A stretch of DNA of 52,060 nt from a virus (taxonomy: Duplodnaviria > Caudoviricetes), in IMG/VR virus record IMGVR_UViG_3300004199_000001, positions 1 to 52,060 of that record; one strand, written 5' to 3'. Made by a program: the position numbers and the translations under genes. The notes under the pieces were generated by a model that saw only the letters and a list, made by a program, of their open reading frames with translations, was not told where the DNA came from and made no database searches. Position 1 is the stretch's first letter. Each line of letters opens with the position of its first letter. Shown here piece by piece: positions 35,869 through 45,149 of the stretch.

Positions 35869-36183
35869 GGACGCACTGAATGTTCTGTGTTTCGATGCAG
35901 TTAGGTTGGGGGCGGTGGTTTGTCGATCACAGCAGTGAACCTTGTGATGTACGCGGTTTAACCTCGGTCGTTCTGCCTGTTATTAAGGACGAGCCGGTCA
36001 GGCGCTTTTGCAGCGAGGCGATCCCTTGACTCAGTGGGTTTCCCTAATGCACACAAATTCGACTTTTTATGTCTTTATGATCTGAGTATTTTCTTGGGTG
36101 GTGTTAAAGTTTCGATCTCAGTTTGGTAGCATTTCTACGCCTTTGATAAGGGCGTTAATTGATAGCTGTTATTAACGGAAACC

Positions 36184-36253
36184 GCCGTATTTTTTGAGAA
36201 ATATTAACGCCAAAAATCGCGCAAAACTTCGCCAAAAATCGCACGGCGTTACA
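36184..36253. repeat. Right end (attR) of the prophage
   Basis: CGCCAAAAATCGC twice at 22-nt spacing, then GTTACA, followed by CACT. Confidence 0.85.
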
Positions 36254-36367
36254 CACTTCTAAAAAAACACCCGCAATAAACCGCAACACTTGCCAACAAT
36301 TCAGGCATAAAAAAGCCGGCGTTACCCAGCTTAATTGACTTCATTTTTAACTTACTGAAAATACCTT

Positions 36368-36760
36368 TTAAGGCTTCTTGTTGATTTTAGCAACACAACT
36401 ATCTCTAATCTGCCCAACCGAGTCATAAGCCTTCTGGTAATCTTTATCCATTTTATTGTATTGGTTTTGTTCTTTTGACTTGGTTGTTATTGCTACGTAG
36501 TCTTCAAAAGTCCATGCAACTGGGAGGGGTTCGAGAATACAGCCGCAAAACGGCTCATATCCTACAGCCTTTTCGCAATCTAAAGCCCGCTGTTTAATAT
36601 GAGCATCTAAACTGGCATCTAGCTTGTTGAGCACCTGTTCAACTTCATTCCATTTCTCAATTTGTTCCAGCTGTTGTAAGGATTTAGTCTCTTTAGCAAA
36701 TCCCATGCAACTTATTAGGGTCAGTATTATGCCAATACAAAGCACCAACATACGTTTCAT
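36368..36760 (-). CDS. Exported hypothetical protein (element A cargo)
   Basis: Signal peptide, Cys pairs. Confidence 0.7.
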   Translation of the reverse strand: MKRMLVLCIGIILTLISCMGFAKETKSLQQLEQIEKWNEVEQVLNKLDASLDAHIKQRALDCEKAVGYEPFCGCILEPLPVAWTFEDYVAITTKSKEQNQYNKMDKDYQKAYDSVGQIRDSCVAKINKKP

Positions 36761-37040
36761 AATCAGCTTCCCAGGTTTTGTGATTTTGTTTTAAAAATAT
36801 GCTGTAATTTATACCATCACACCATCAATGCTGCTCGAATCCGCATTAAAATAGGCAATGAATATCTTCCTTGTTGCCATATTGCATGACACATACACTC
36901 ACAACCCATATAACCGCAATTAATTTTGTAATCCTGCGCGCACCTTCAAACATATTGATTTTCATTTAGTCATACGTTAATGCAAAAGTTGAAATGGAAA
37001 ATTGTATTTTCGCCGCAATATCGCTATAGAATCTTACAAG

Positions 37041-37436
37041 TTATGATTTATGGCTTCTCACTTTGTAGTTGGTTATTTTTTCGGACGGTTCAATACTTAC
37101 GTCACTTGCAAATGGAATAATTCTACAGATTAGTTTCATGTAATAAACCTTTCCAGCTTCAAAGGTTTTTACAGTAATTCGTCTTATCAACATAGAAACT
37201 TCTATGTACATCTCACGGCTTCCCGGCTCTATCTCTACCTTCAGCGGCGTTTCAGGTGAAATATGCCCAACCACTTCCTTATCAACTACAAGCTGAAAGT
37301 CATCTGGAAACCCTTGCTCGTTATATAAAATCAAAGTCGCCTTATCCTTTGAAAGAGGCGTTGAATCAATAGGAACAGTTATAATTGTTCCGCACCCTGA
37401 TAACATCACAACGACCAGCAGTAGTAATTTTTTCAT
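37041..37436 (-). CDS. Lipoprotein (DUF2846-like)
   Basis: MKKLLLLVVVMLSGC lipobox; EAGKVYY. Confidence 0.75.
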   Translation of the reverse strand: MKKLLLLVVVMLSGCGTIITVPIDSTPLSKDKATLILYNEQGFPDDFQLVVDKEVVGHISPETPLKVEIEPGSREMYIEVSMLIRRITVKTFEAGKVYYMKLICRIIPFASDVSIEPSEKITNYKVRSHKS

Positions 37437-37684
37437 TCTCTTACCTTATTATAAAGCCTCTAAGTCTAAGCAGTGGGGGGTTAGCATTTAGCCCGTATAT
37501 AGTGAAACCAAAAAGCTTTGGATTACGTTTCTTTCAGTCCAGGCCGCTTTACTAAACAAATTATCTCCTTCGGATATTTGTAAGCTCAACATTATTCATA
37601 AACAATACCAAGGCGGCTCGATTGTCACTTGTTTTAAATGTTAGTGTCAACTTAAAACCTTTACATAGAGGACTGCCCTAGCAA

Positions 37685-38143
37685 TCAATCAACCACGCTT
37701 AAAAGCATCTCGATATATTCCGCCACCTGTTCGGGTTCAGCCCATTGACTAAATGAAGGTTCACCGTCACATCCGGCCAGCTTCTTGACTGCTGTTATAT
37801 CGACTTTGATTTGCTCACATACGGCAATCAAAGCAACATCCATTGATGATAGATTGTTTAAGAATAGGTGTGCTTCCTGCCGGTAGTCCTGTACAAAAGC
37901 CGCCGCGGTCATTAATGTTCTGGTTTTCCAATACATGCCGCCATAAAACAAACCCAACATATACAAGCCCATTACACGTTTTCTATATCTGTAATCCAAG
38001 CTTTTATAAGTTTGCTGCTCAACACTGGCAACAATACTATCCAGCTCGTTTTTATCTTGCCGTATTGCTGCATCAAAACAAAGCGCGGCTTGCTCTTGGG
38101 GGGTTAGTTTGTTGTAAAGCTTATTAACTTGTTCGGGCTTCAT
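37685..38143 (-). CDS. Hypothetical protein
   Basis: Coupled to the upstream gene. Confidence 0.7.
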   Translation of the reverse strand: MKPEQVNKLYNKLTPQEQAALCFDAAIRQDKNELDSIVASVEQQTYKSLDYRYRKRVMGLYMLGLFYGGMYWKTRTLMTAAAFVQDYRQEAHLFLNNLSSMDVALIAVCEQIKVDITAVKKLAGCDGEPSFSQWAEPEQVAEYIEMLLSVVD

Positions 38144-38547
38144 TCTCTCGACTCCAGTTGTTTTTCAATACGCTGTAGGCGTTCTGTTAATTCTTGCAGC
38201 TCAACCAATTTCCCTTGATTAGATAATGCGGTTATTAACTGGCTGCCTATATCCGGCGGTATCTGCCCCGCCAGCGTTGCCCGGATAACTTCGCCGCCCT
38301 GCTCAACCAATGAACCATTAACGGGTAAGCATATCGGCATCGCTTGGGGTTTGAGCGTTGGGCATACTCTGTCAAGCAAACACTTTGCCGCCGCCACATC
38401 ACCACCTTTAGCCTGTTCAATAAGGTTTAAGATAATATCCGGCATCGCTTCGGCTATGGATTTTCTTAATAAGGTTGCCGGGGTTTTATCCTTGGGCTTG
38501 CCTTTGGGATTACCGGACACGCCCGGTTTAAATAAATGCTCTTTCAT
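38140..38547 (-). CDS. DUF5681-like protein (small terminase-like N-terminus)
   Basis: FKPGVSGNPKGKPK...AKGGDVAAAKCLLDR. Confidence 0.75.
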   Translation of the reverse strand: MKEHLFKPGVSGNPKGKPKDKTPATLLRKSIAEAMPDIILNLIEQAKGGDVAAAKCLLDRVCPTLKPQAMPICLPVNGSLVEQGGEVIRATLAGQIPPDIGSQLITALSNQGKLVELQELTERLQRIEKQLESRE

Positions 38548-38584
38548 ATCTGTTCTCTATCTGCTAGATTCAGTTAAAAACCAC

Positions 38585-38866
38585 TTAATTCATTGTTGCT
38601 TTGGTGAACGCTGTCCTAATCTTGCCATCCATTACATAATCGGTGGTTACAGTTAGCAATCCATAAAAGGCGGCTTTATCTTCCATTTTGTCAAAGTGAA
38701 TACGCCCGTTATCCAATGCGTTAATAACATCAGCGCCGCATGTTGCCAACATTGTTTTTAACTCGTCTGGCTTGTTTACATTAAACGGTATGCCTATCGC
38801 CATTTGGTGCAGGCGCTCAAGTGTTGGACTCATCATTAACTCGTGTGCTTTTTGTTCTAAATTCAT
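38585..38866 (-). CDS. Hypothetical protein
   Basis: AAGGA RBS, 93 aa. Confidence 0.65.
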   Translation of the reverse strand: MNLEQKAHELMMSPTLERLHQMAIGIPFNVNKPDELKTMLATCGADVINALDNGRIHFDKMEDKAAFYGLLTVTTDYVMDGKIRTAFTKATMN

Positions 38867-38920
38867 TTTTTGGAATCCTTAAAATTAGTGTATTTTTCTT
38901 GTAAATGCCCATACCCCACA

Positions 38921-38971
38921 CCCGCTAAACCCGCTAAAGTATCTAAAAGGGGGTTTAGCTGGTTTAGCGGG
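38921..38971. repeat. Iteron-like origin of element A (CCGCTAAA pairs, inverted)
   Basis: CCCGCTAAACCCGCTAAA facing TTTAGCTGGTTTAGCGGG, just downstream of the replication gene; a further pair at 40531..40548. Confidence 0.7.
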
Positions 38972-38989
38972 TTCAAGGTAGGCGTGTTT

Positions 38990-41188
38990 TCATAGAAAAA
39001 CGGGGTTTATGTAATACTCTGGTAAAGGTGGCCGCCCGGTAGGGGGTTTTGGTTTTCGCTGCATCATTAGCCAGTTTTCCTCAATCAGGACACTACAGGC
39101 CGCCTCGACTTCTTCCTTATCCTTTAACCCATGCCAGCCCTTGTCATAAATGGCTTTAGTCGTGAATGGACTGGATACCACTCCGGCTTTTATCTTATCG
39201 GCCAGCCTTACCGCAGCTTCATGCTCTGGACTCTCGGCCATTGCATAAATACGCCTAGCGTGGGATTCCAGATAATCGCACCACTCAACCGCTAACATTG
39301 CCGCCTGTGCCGATACATTGCCCCGCGCCTTACCGTCTGCAATGTCGATACAGTGAAATATCAGCGCAAGGCTTGGCATCAGTGAACGGAATTTCCCGAA
39401 GTGTTCAACCATCAAGGGGTTAGATTCCTGCTGAATCTTGACCGTTTGCAATGCCGTCAGCCATTCATTGAATACCGCCTGTCCTGCATCATCAAAACGA
39501 AAGTAAGGCCTGTCATCATATTCAGATTGAACCGCGCCACATCCGATAAAATCCAGTTCAGCCAATGCCTTCATAATATCGAAAGCCCGGCGTTTTTCGG
39601 CCTTGTTCGGTACGGTGTCGATTAATTGCCAGCGTTCCGGCTCATCAGGCCACACGGCAAGCTGTAGGCGTTGCATCAGGCCATCATTAGCCCCGTTCTG
39701 TGCTTGGTATAGATACCGCCTTAACTTGTCCGGCTGGATGCCCCCCAATAGACTGATACAAATATTAGGTGCTTCGGTTAAGCCTCTGCCTATCTTGAAG
39801 TCAGTATAAGAGCCATTACCGTTCCAGCCTTCCAGAAAATAGGCGCGTTCGTCTGCTCCCTGCTCACTGTCCCACTTCACAAGCAAGGCGGTTAATTCAT
39901 CCCTGAATGTTAAAAGGCCGCGCGGGTTCTGGTTCTGCAAAACCGTCATACTCTGTACGCTGGTTTCATTCGTCTTGAATAGCCGCCGGGTGGCTTCGGG
40001 TTCGGCGTTCTCTGACAGCTCCATGTAATCGGCTTTTAACTTTTGTAAGTCATCACCTTTGACTACGCCATCTTTACCCTTACCCTTTGCCGCCTTCGAT
40101 AGCTGCCCTTTTACATCGTCAATCATGGCTTTGTTTGCCAGACTGTCGAACTCAGCCCCGGCTTTGTCCTGCTCGAACTTTTCACCGTATTCAGCTTGCA
40201 GGCGTTCAAGTAGGTTCATTGGTTCTTTCATGCTTGGACTTTTAAGAACAACCGAAGGCCGCCCGATGGCTGCTCCCCATACATTAGGAATAATCTCCCA
40301 GTCATCCAGCTTTTTAGGCTTGATACTGCACCCCGCCCCAATGATTGAACCAACAATAACAATACTCGATATTGCCGCAAAATCTGGGGGGGTCTGCATC
40401 CGGTGGCTTACATCAGCCAACCAATGCCGGAAAGGTTCGGGCATCAGTTCAGGGGGTAAGGCTTGAACGGGGGGCGTTTTGGTTTCGATTTTGTTAGGTT
40501 TTTCCCATTCAAAAACGCTAGAGCATGAACCAGCTAAACCCGCTAAAGTCCAATCACTCGGTACAGGCTCGGCGTTTTTTAGCTCTGCCCGTAATTCTTC
40601 CCTTAATGCTTCATGCAAGGCTTCATTAATAGGCGCGTAGCCGTCCCAATCATTTATCAGGCTTTGAATCCAGTCCACCACATCACCGGCAACAGGTAAG
40701 CCAGACAATACAACCACCTTGCACAGTGGCGGCGATTCCAAGGCCGATAATGCCCGGTAAACATCCTGCATATAATGTTCGCCCGGTTCATCTGCATCAG
40801 GTAGCAAGTAGGCCAGCTTGTAGCCGCTCAACGGTGTCCAGTCTGCCTGTTTTGCCGCCTGTGAGCCTCCAAGACTGCTAACGGCTGTAATACCTATGCT
40901 TTGCAAGGGTGCCGCCGACTTTTCACCCTCAACGATAAAAACCGCCTTATCCTTTGGGTGCGCTGCCAGCTTATCAAGCCCGAATAATGGCCGTGGGTTT
41001 AATTCGATACCAGCCGCCCAGGTTGTGCCATTGCGCTTGAAGAAAGGCACAATATCCTTTTTGCCGTCCCCGTCCTGATACCTTGCAACAGCCCCGAAGG
41101 GCGCGCCATCCGTAGCGCAATAAGTCCACGCATGAATTAAAGGTTTGCCGTGGTAACTTTGGGGAACGTCTACCATATAAGCCCCCAA
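38990..41188 (-). CDS. Toprim primase plus DUF3987/YfjI-type helicase replication protein
   Basis: VFIVEGEK, PDADEPG Toprim motifs; RDELTALL, YFLEGWNG, LLGGIQP, DGLMQR. Confidence 0.85.
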   Translation of the reverse strand: MGAYMVDVPQSYHGKPLIHAWTYCATDGAPFGAVARYQDGDGKKDIVPFFKRNGTTWAAGIELNPRPLFGLDKLAAHPKDKAVFIVEGEKSAAPLQSIGITAVSSLGGSQAAKQADWTPLSGYKLAYLLPDADEPGEHYMQDVYRALSALESPPLCKVVVLSGLPVAGDVVDWIQSLINDWDGYAPINEALHEALREELRAELKNAEPVPSDWTLAGLAGSCSSVFEWEKPNKIETKTPPVQALPPELMPEPFRHWLADVSHRMQTPPDFAAISSIVIVGSIIGAGCSIKPKKLDDWEIIPNVWGAAIGRPSVVLKSPSMKEPMNLLERLQAEYGEKFEQDKAGAEFDSLANKAMIDDVKGQLSKAAKGKGKDGVVKGDDLQKLKADYMELSENAEPEATRRLFKTNETSVQSMTVLQNQNPRGLLTFRDELTALLVKWDSEQGADERAYFLEGWNGNGSYTDFKIGRGLTEAPNICISLLGGIQPDKLRRYLYQAQNGANDGLMQRLQLAVWPDEPERWQLIDTVPNKAEKRRAFDIMKALAELDFIGCGAVQSEYDDRPYFRFDDAGQAVFNEWLTALQTVKIQQESNPLMVEHFGKFRSLMPSLALIFHCIDIADGKARGNVSAQAAMLAVEWCDYLESHARRIYAMAESPEHEAAVRLADKIKAGVVSSPFTTKAIYDKGWHGLKDKEEVEAACSVLIEENWLMMQRKPKPPTGRPPLPEYYINPVFL

Positions 41189-41520
41189 TCATCAGCCAGT
41201 TTTGCCAATGCTTCGACAAACTCAAGGCCATATAAGGCCATCACAAAGGCGACAATATCACCGCCAGCCATTCCACAACTAAAACACTTATACGCGCCTG
41301 TAGTCAGATTAACGCGGAAAGAGCCGGGCTTATTGTCGCTGTGGAAAGGGCAAAGTCCGCCATCATTCCAGCCGTGCTTTTTAAATGGCGCGTTGGGTAG
41401 TTCATGGTGGTAAAAGTCCATCGGGTTAAGTGATCGTTTGATATAATCCGCCGTCAGTTTCTTCAAATTAGCCGCCTTGGTATGGCTGTACCGGGCGGCT
41501 TTGCTATAGTTTGTCATCAT
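41170..41520 (-). CDS. CHC2 zinc-finger (DnaG N-terminal-like) protein
   Basis: LCPFHSDNKPGSF...YKCFSCG..GDIV.F. Confidence 0.9.
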   Translation of the reverse strand: MMTNYSKAARYSHTKAANLKKLTADYIKRSLNPMDFYHHELPNAPFKKHGWNDGGLCPFHSDNKPGSFRVNLTTGAYKCFSCGMAGGDIVAFVMALYGLEFVEALAKLADDWGLIW

Positions 41521-41849
41521 CCCTCCTTTGACTCGAAGCGCTTGACCGCTTCAATAAATTTCGTCAGCCGCTCGCCCAGTTCAGCCCGTAGCGCCTTTAA
41601 AATTTCCGGTTCGATTAGATACCGCCCGTAGGTTGCCGCTCGTCCCGTAGGGTCATTTGTGGGTGCTGTTTCTTCCTTGGTTTCAATAGGCCAGCCGTGC
41701 CGGTTGCGTAGCGGCTCGATATACCCGGACAAGCGGTAACTTGCAGTCTCGTTCTGGAAGTCGCGGTGGGTGAATTGTTGGCCGGTTAAAAGGCGCATAA
41801 GGGCGCGGGCTGTGAGTGTGTCGGTTCTTGGAAATGTTGGGGTTCTCAT
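41517..41849 (-). CDS. Winged-helix DNA-binding protein
   Basis: YRLSGYIEPLRNRHGWPIET...GRY. Confidence 0.7.
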   Translation of the reverse strand: MRTPTFPRTDTLTARALMRLLTGQQFTHRDFQNETASYRLSGYIEPLRNRHGWPIETKEETAPTNDPTGRAATYGRYLIEPEILKALRAELGERLTKFIEAVKRFESKEG

Positions 41850-42052
41850 TTTGCGCCCCCGTTTTGTGATTCAACCCATCCGAAGAATTTGGTTTCATCA
41901 ATCAAAACTTTTCTGCCAATGCGAACTATTGCCGCACTCTTGGCAAGGCCGTTTGATTTCTCGTTGAATATAAGAGCGCGAAGGCCGCCCGTCGTAAAGG
42001 CGGGGTGCTTTTCTGTGAATTGATTTACTGTTAAATAAATTAGAGCTGTCAT
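41846..42052 (-). CDS. Excisionase/AlpA-like protein
   Basis: YLTVNQF...GLRALIF...IVRIGRKVLID...F..W. Confidence 0.75.
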   Translation of the reverse strand: MTALIYLTVNQFTEKHPAFTTGGLRALIFNEKSNGLAKSAAIVRIGRKVLIDETKFFGWVESQNGGAK

Positions 42053-42172
42053 TTTTAACCTATTTATTGATTTGTGAATAAATGGTGAAACATCACCGTC
42101 ATTCTCAATAGGTCACAAGCCCCAATAGCATTACACAGCCATTAATAATCAATATGTTATAACTATTTTCTT

Positions 42173-42208
42173 GTAACCATAGGTAACCGAATGTAACTTT
42201 ATGTAACC
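42173..42208. promoter_or_regulatory. Four GTAAC direct repeats at 10-bp period upstream of the replication operon
   Basis: GTAAC at 42173, 42183, 42193 and 42203. Confidence 0.6.
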
Positions 42209-42217
42209 AACAGGCAT

Positions 42218-42241
42218 AAAAAAACCCGCTTTAAGCGGGTT
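42218..42241 (-). terminator. Terminator of the integrase operon
   Basis: AACCCGC-TTAAA-GCGGGTTTTTTT on the minus strand. Confidence 0.75.
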
Positions 42242-42274
42242 CTATTGATTAATTTCAAATTATTAATCGGTAGC

Positions 42275-43591
42275 TTATTCGTCATCCCTCCAAAAATCAT
42301 TATTGCCATGCTGATTATCATCAAAACTTTCACTATCAACATAATCCATTGCATCAGAACCTTTTGAAACATTATCGTCTTTTAATATTTCATGAGTCAT
42401 GGTCTTAAAAGTGAATTTGTAACCATTGTCTTTCGTATAATTTATAGGGTTATCCTCTAAGCCCATTGCGCCTACAAGGCTTGTTCTTAGGCGATTAACC
42501 GCCGTTTTAATTTTCCCCTTTTCTGCTTCCAAGTTACTGCTTGAATTTAACCTTTTCAAAGCGCTTGCCAAATCACCCTGATTAACTGCCGCGCCTTCAA
42601 GTAATTTCCAACCCTGCGAGCCAGCTTTTAAGCTTAACTCGTCAGGATTAACCTTAATTGTTTTTCCTCGAATAACTATTTTTGCCGTCTCATTTTCCAT
42701 CATGACTAATTTGATTTCATTAGCTCTCAGGTTTTTGAACTCGGAAAAAACAGGAGCAACCTTTTTGCTTGATGGTTCGTTGGCTGCATGGCTAACGTCA
42801 CTAACTCCTACGACTTCGGTTTGCTGTTCAATTTGAGGCCACCACTTAGCCAGTAAACAATCATCAGCAATCGGCCATTGATTAGATTTTATAAGCCACT
42901 CTCGAAATGTATCGCGGTGAATAGTGAATTGCAAATAGCCACCATTTAAAAAGCCATTATGTGCCTGCCTAAGTGTTGTAGGTGAATAATCAATGACTTC
43001 AAAGCCACCTAACGCCTTTGGGTTACGTATAGACACTTCTGCCAACAAGTCGCCATCCTCAACAGCTTGATTTATCAGTGCCTCATAATGTTTAACGTCA
43101 TTATGCTTTCTTTCTGGGGTTGCCCATAATTCAGCAATTTCAAAATGAGTGAGGTGCTTATCTAAGCCTTTATTTATCCAGTTTTTAAGGTATGCTGGTT
43201 GCTTACTTAAAATATTGTTTCCGACGGCTTCGGCTTCCGGTATTGCCTGATATGGACTCGCAATAACCAGAATCTTGTCTCTTGGCTGCCCTTCATCTAT
43301 CACAAAAAAGCAATTATTCTCCGTATATTTGCCGCCTATATCTCCAAGCCCTCCAATTTTTAATGTCTTTCCAAGATTCTCCAGTCTTGAAAATTCTGAA
43401 TCTGGGTGGTTGGTAGGGTGTAGCGTGCTAACATTTAAAGGCAGGTTGCCTGTGTGGTTGTATGTGATTTCATCGCTTACATTTAGGCTAAAAACGCCAT
43501 TTGCAACATAACTCGGCACAATGACGCTTGCGCCTTCTTCCCCCCATGCGAACCAACTGCCAAGACCTTTAAAAAATACGTCGACCATCAC
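42275..43591 (-). CDS. Multidomain protein with C-terminal OmpR/PhoB-like winged helix
   Basis: KIKTAVNRLRTSL...NPINYTKDNGYKF; translationally coupled to the integrase. Confidence 0.65.
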   Translation of the reverse strand: MMVDVFFKGLGSWFAWGEEGASVIVPSYVANGVFSLNVSDEITYNHTGNLPLNVSTLHPTNHPDSEFSRLENLGKTLKIGGLGDIGGKYTENNCFFVIDEGQPRDKILVIASPYQAIPEAEAVGNNILSKQPAYLKNWINKGLDKHLTHFEIAELWATPERKHNDVKHYEALINQAVEDGDLLAEVSIRNPKALGGFEVIDYSPTTLRQAHNGFLNGGYLQFTIHRDTFREWLIKSNQWPIADDCLLAKWWPQIEQQTEVVGVSDVSHAANEPSSKKVAPVFSEFKNLRANEIKLVMMENETAKIVIRGKTIKVNPDELSLKAGSQGWKLLEGAAVNQGDLASALKRLNSSSNLEAEKGKIKTAVNRLRTSLVGAMGLEDNPINYTKDNGYKFTFKTMTHEILKDDNVSKGSDAMDYVDSESFDDNQHGNNDFWRDDE

Positions 43592-44655
43592 ACGCCCCCG
43601 AAAATCTTTTCATTCATCGAAGCCACCACATTTGAAACATGGCCGTCTGAAAGGTGGGCATATCTTTTCACCATACTTAAGGTCTTGTGCCCCAAAACTT
43701 CGGCAATTTCAGCCAGTGAAGCCCCATTCATGGCTAGATAGGACGCTGTGCAGTGTCTTAGGTCATGCCAATGAAAGTCGGTAATCTGTGCGCGTTCCAT
43801 TGCGTGCATAAATGCTTTGCGTAAATCAATCGGCTTTTGTGGGTTTCTGTCGCTTGGGAATAATAGTTGTGTATCAATCCGCCTTACTTTTGCATGTTCT
43901 CGCAGCAACTCCAGGCTATGCCCTGCCAATGTAACGCGCCGCCGTTCGCCGTTCTTGGTTTCGTGCAGAATTAAAAAACCGTCCCTTAAATTAACATCCG
44001 GCCAGATAAGCTCCATTTGCTCGGCCTGTCTCATGCCGGTGGACAATGCCAGAATCACGCACGGATAAAGCAAAGGGTTTGGTGATTCTTTGCAAGCGGT
44101 TAAGAGTTTGGTGCGCTCCTCATCATCTAACCAACGAACACGGCCTTTAGACTCTTTCGGCTTTTTAACCTTACGCATCGGTGAATCTTCCAGCCATTGC
44201 CATTCATTAACCGCAACAGTGAAAGCATGAGATAAAGCCGCCATGTATCGAACCACTGTGGCGGGGCTTCTTATGTTGCCGCGTGGCGCTGCTTCGGTTA
44301 GTAGCTTATCCCGGCACTCAACAATTAAGGCCGGTGTTATATCCGATAACAGATAGCTTCCAAGTTCAGCTTTCCAACGTTCCAACTGTGGTCGCTGTGC
44401 GGGTGCTTGTTTTGGCTTGGTGGGTAATACGTCTTTAATGTATCGGTCTACCAAATCGCCTAGCGTGTGCTTTTTGGCTTCTGTGGTTTTAAAGTGCCTG
44501 CCTTCCCTGATTGCGCTTTCTGTATTTGAAACCCATTTTTTTGCATCAGTGAGACGTTTAAAGGTTGCGGTTTGTGTTGGTCGGCCTTTTAGACGAACTT
44601 CCACCTTATAGCGTTTAGTTCCGTCTTTAGCTGTGCGTTCTGTGATGGTTGCCAT
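43588..44655 (-). CDS. int: Tyrosine integrase of element A
   Basis: TGMRQAE, TKNG, HDLRH, LGHKTLSMVKRYAH. Confidence 0.95.
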   Translation of the reverse strand: MATITERTAKDGTKRYKVEVRLKGRPTQTATFKRLTDAKKWVSNTESAIREGRHFKTTEAKKHTLGDLVDRYIKDVLPTKPKQAPAQRPQLERWKAELGSYLLSDITPALIVECRDKLLTEAAPRGNIRSPATVVRYMAALSHAFTVAVNEWQWLEDSPMRKVKKPKESKGRVRWLDDEERTKLLTACKESPNPLLYPCVILALSTGMRQAEQMELIWPDVNLRDGFLILHETKNGERRRVTLAGHSLELLREHAKVRRIDTQLLFPSDRNPQKPIDLRKAFMHAMERAQITDFHWHDLRHCTASYLAMNGASLAEIAEVLGHKTLSMVKRYAHLSDGHVSNVVASMNEKIFGGV

Positions 44656-44934
44656 GATTGCCCCTATGGGATTGCAACCGGCATTTTGATATGATGCTCT
44701 CAGCCATTGCTTAACCCTGAATTAAGTTATTGGTAAGGCCTTGTCGGTGCTGGTTACACCCTCAAGGCCGCTTTGTTTCCAGGGTTTTATTATAAACTCA
44801 TGGCGCACTTTTGGCGCAATTAGGTATAAAAAAGGGCAATAAATAGCAGTAAGGGACAACAATAAAAAACATCTAAGTAATTGAATTATTTATTACTGCT
44901 TGTTGTATTGTTTTGTGGTTTTTTATTAAAACTA

Positions 44935-44981
44935 GACTCTTAATCCATGGGTCCAGGGTTCGAATCCCTGACGTCCCACCA
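44935..44981 (+). repeat. att core: duplicated 3' half of tRNA-Lys(CTT), junction of elements A and B
   Basis: GACTCTTAATCCATGGGTCCAGGGTTCGAATCCCTGACGTCCCACCA; no tRNA 5' half upstream. Confidence 0.92.
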
Positions 44982-45149
44982 ATAAATTCAATGATTTATA
45001 ATGAAACCAAGGATTGGTAAAAATATCGGTGCTACGCCGGCGCTACCAATCAAGAAAAAACAAGGCACTTTGTACCTTTTTCTGGTTACCATTTGTATCA
45101 AAGTCGTTTTGGTATCTTTGTCGGTTAACCCGCGGTTAAATACTCCCAT

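Larger units (their letters stand above)
96..36253 (+). mobile_element. Complete Mu-like transposable prophage (contractile tail), 36,158 bp
   Basis: Left end TGTGAAGAAGCGGGATATTTGG aligns in register with the reverse-complemented right end TGTAACGCCGTGCGATTTTTGG. CACT flanks both ends. Gene order is repressor-ner-A-B-early-mor-lysis-head-tail. Confidence 0.95.
19..44981 (-). mobile_element. Integrative satellite/PICI-like element A (~8.8 kb without the nested prophage) in tRNA-Lys
   Basis: Bounded by tRNA 3' direct repeats. Contains an integrase, excisionase-like gene, primase/helicase and iterons. Matching arm repeats at 76..95 and 44801..44820. Confidence 0.8.

Noticed and set aside
35990-36056. 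c-di-GMP riboswitch or hammerhead-like motif on the minus strand
   Set aside because: Only partial GGGAAACCC/GCAAAAGC resemblance; the conserved cores could not be matched.
34376-36253. Invertible tail-fibre segment, gin or mom
   Set aside because: Single fibre gene; no recombinase or modification gene and no flanking inverted sites.
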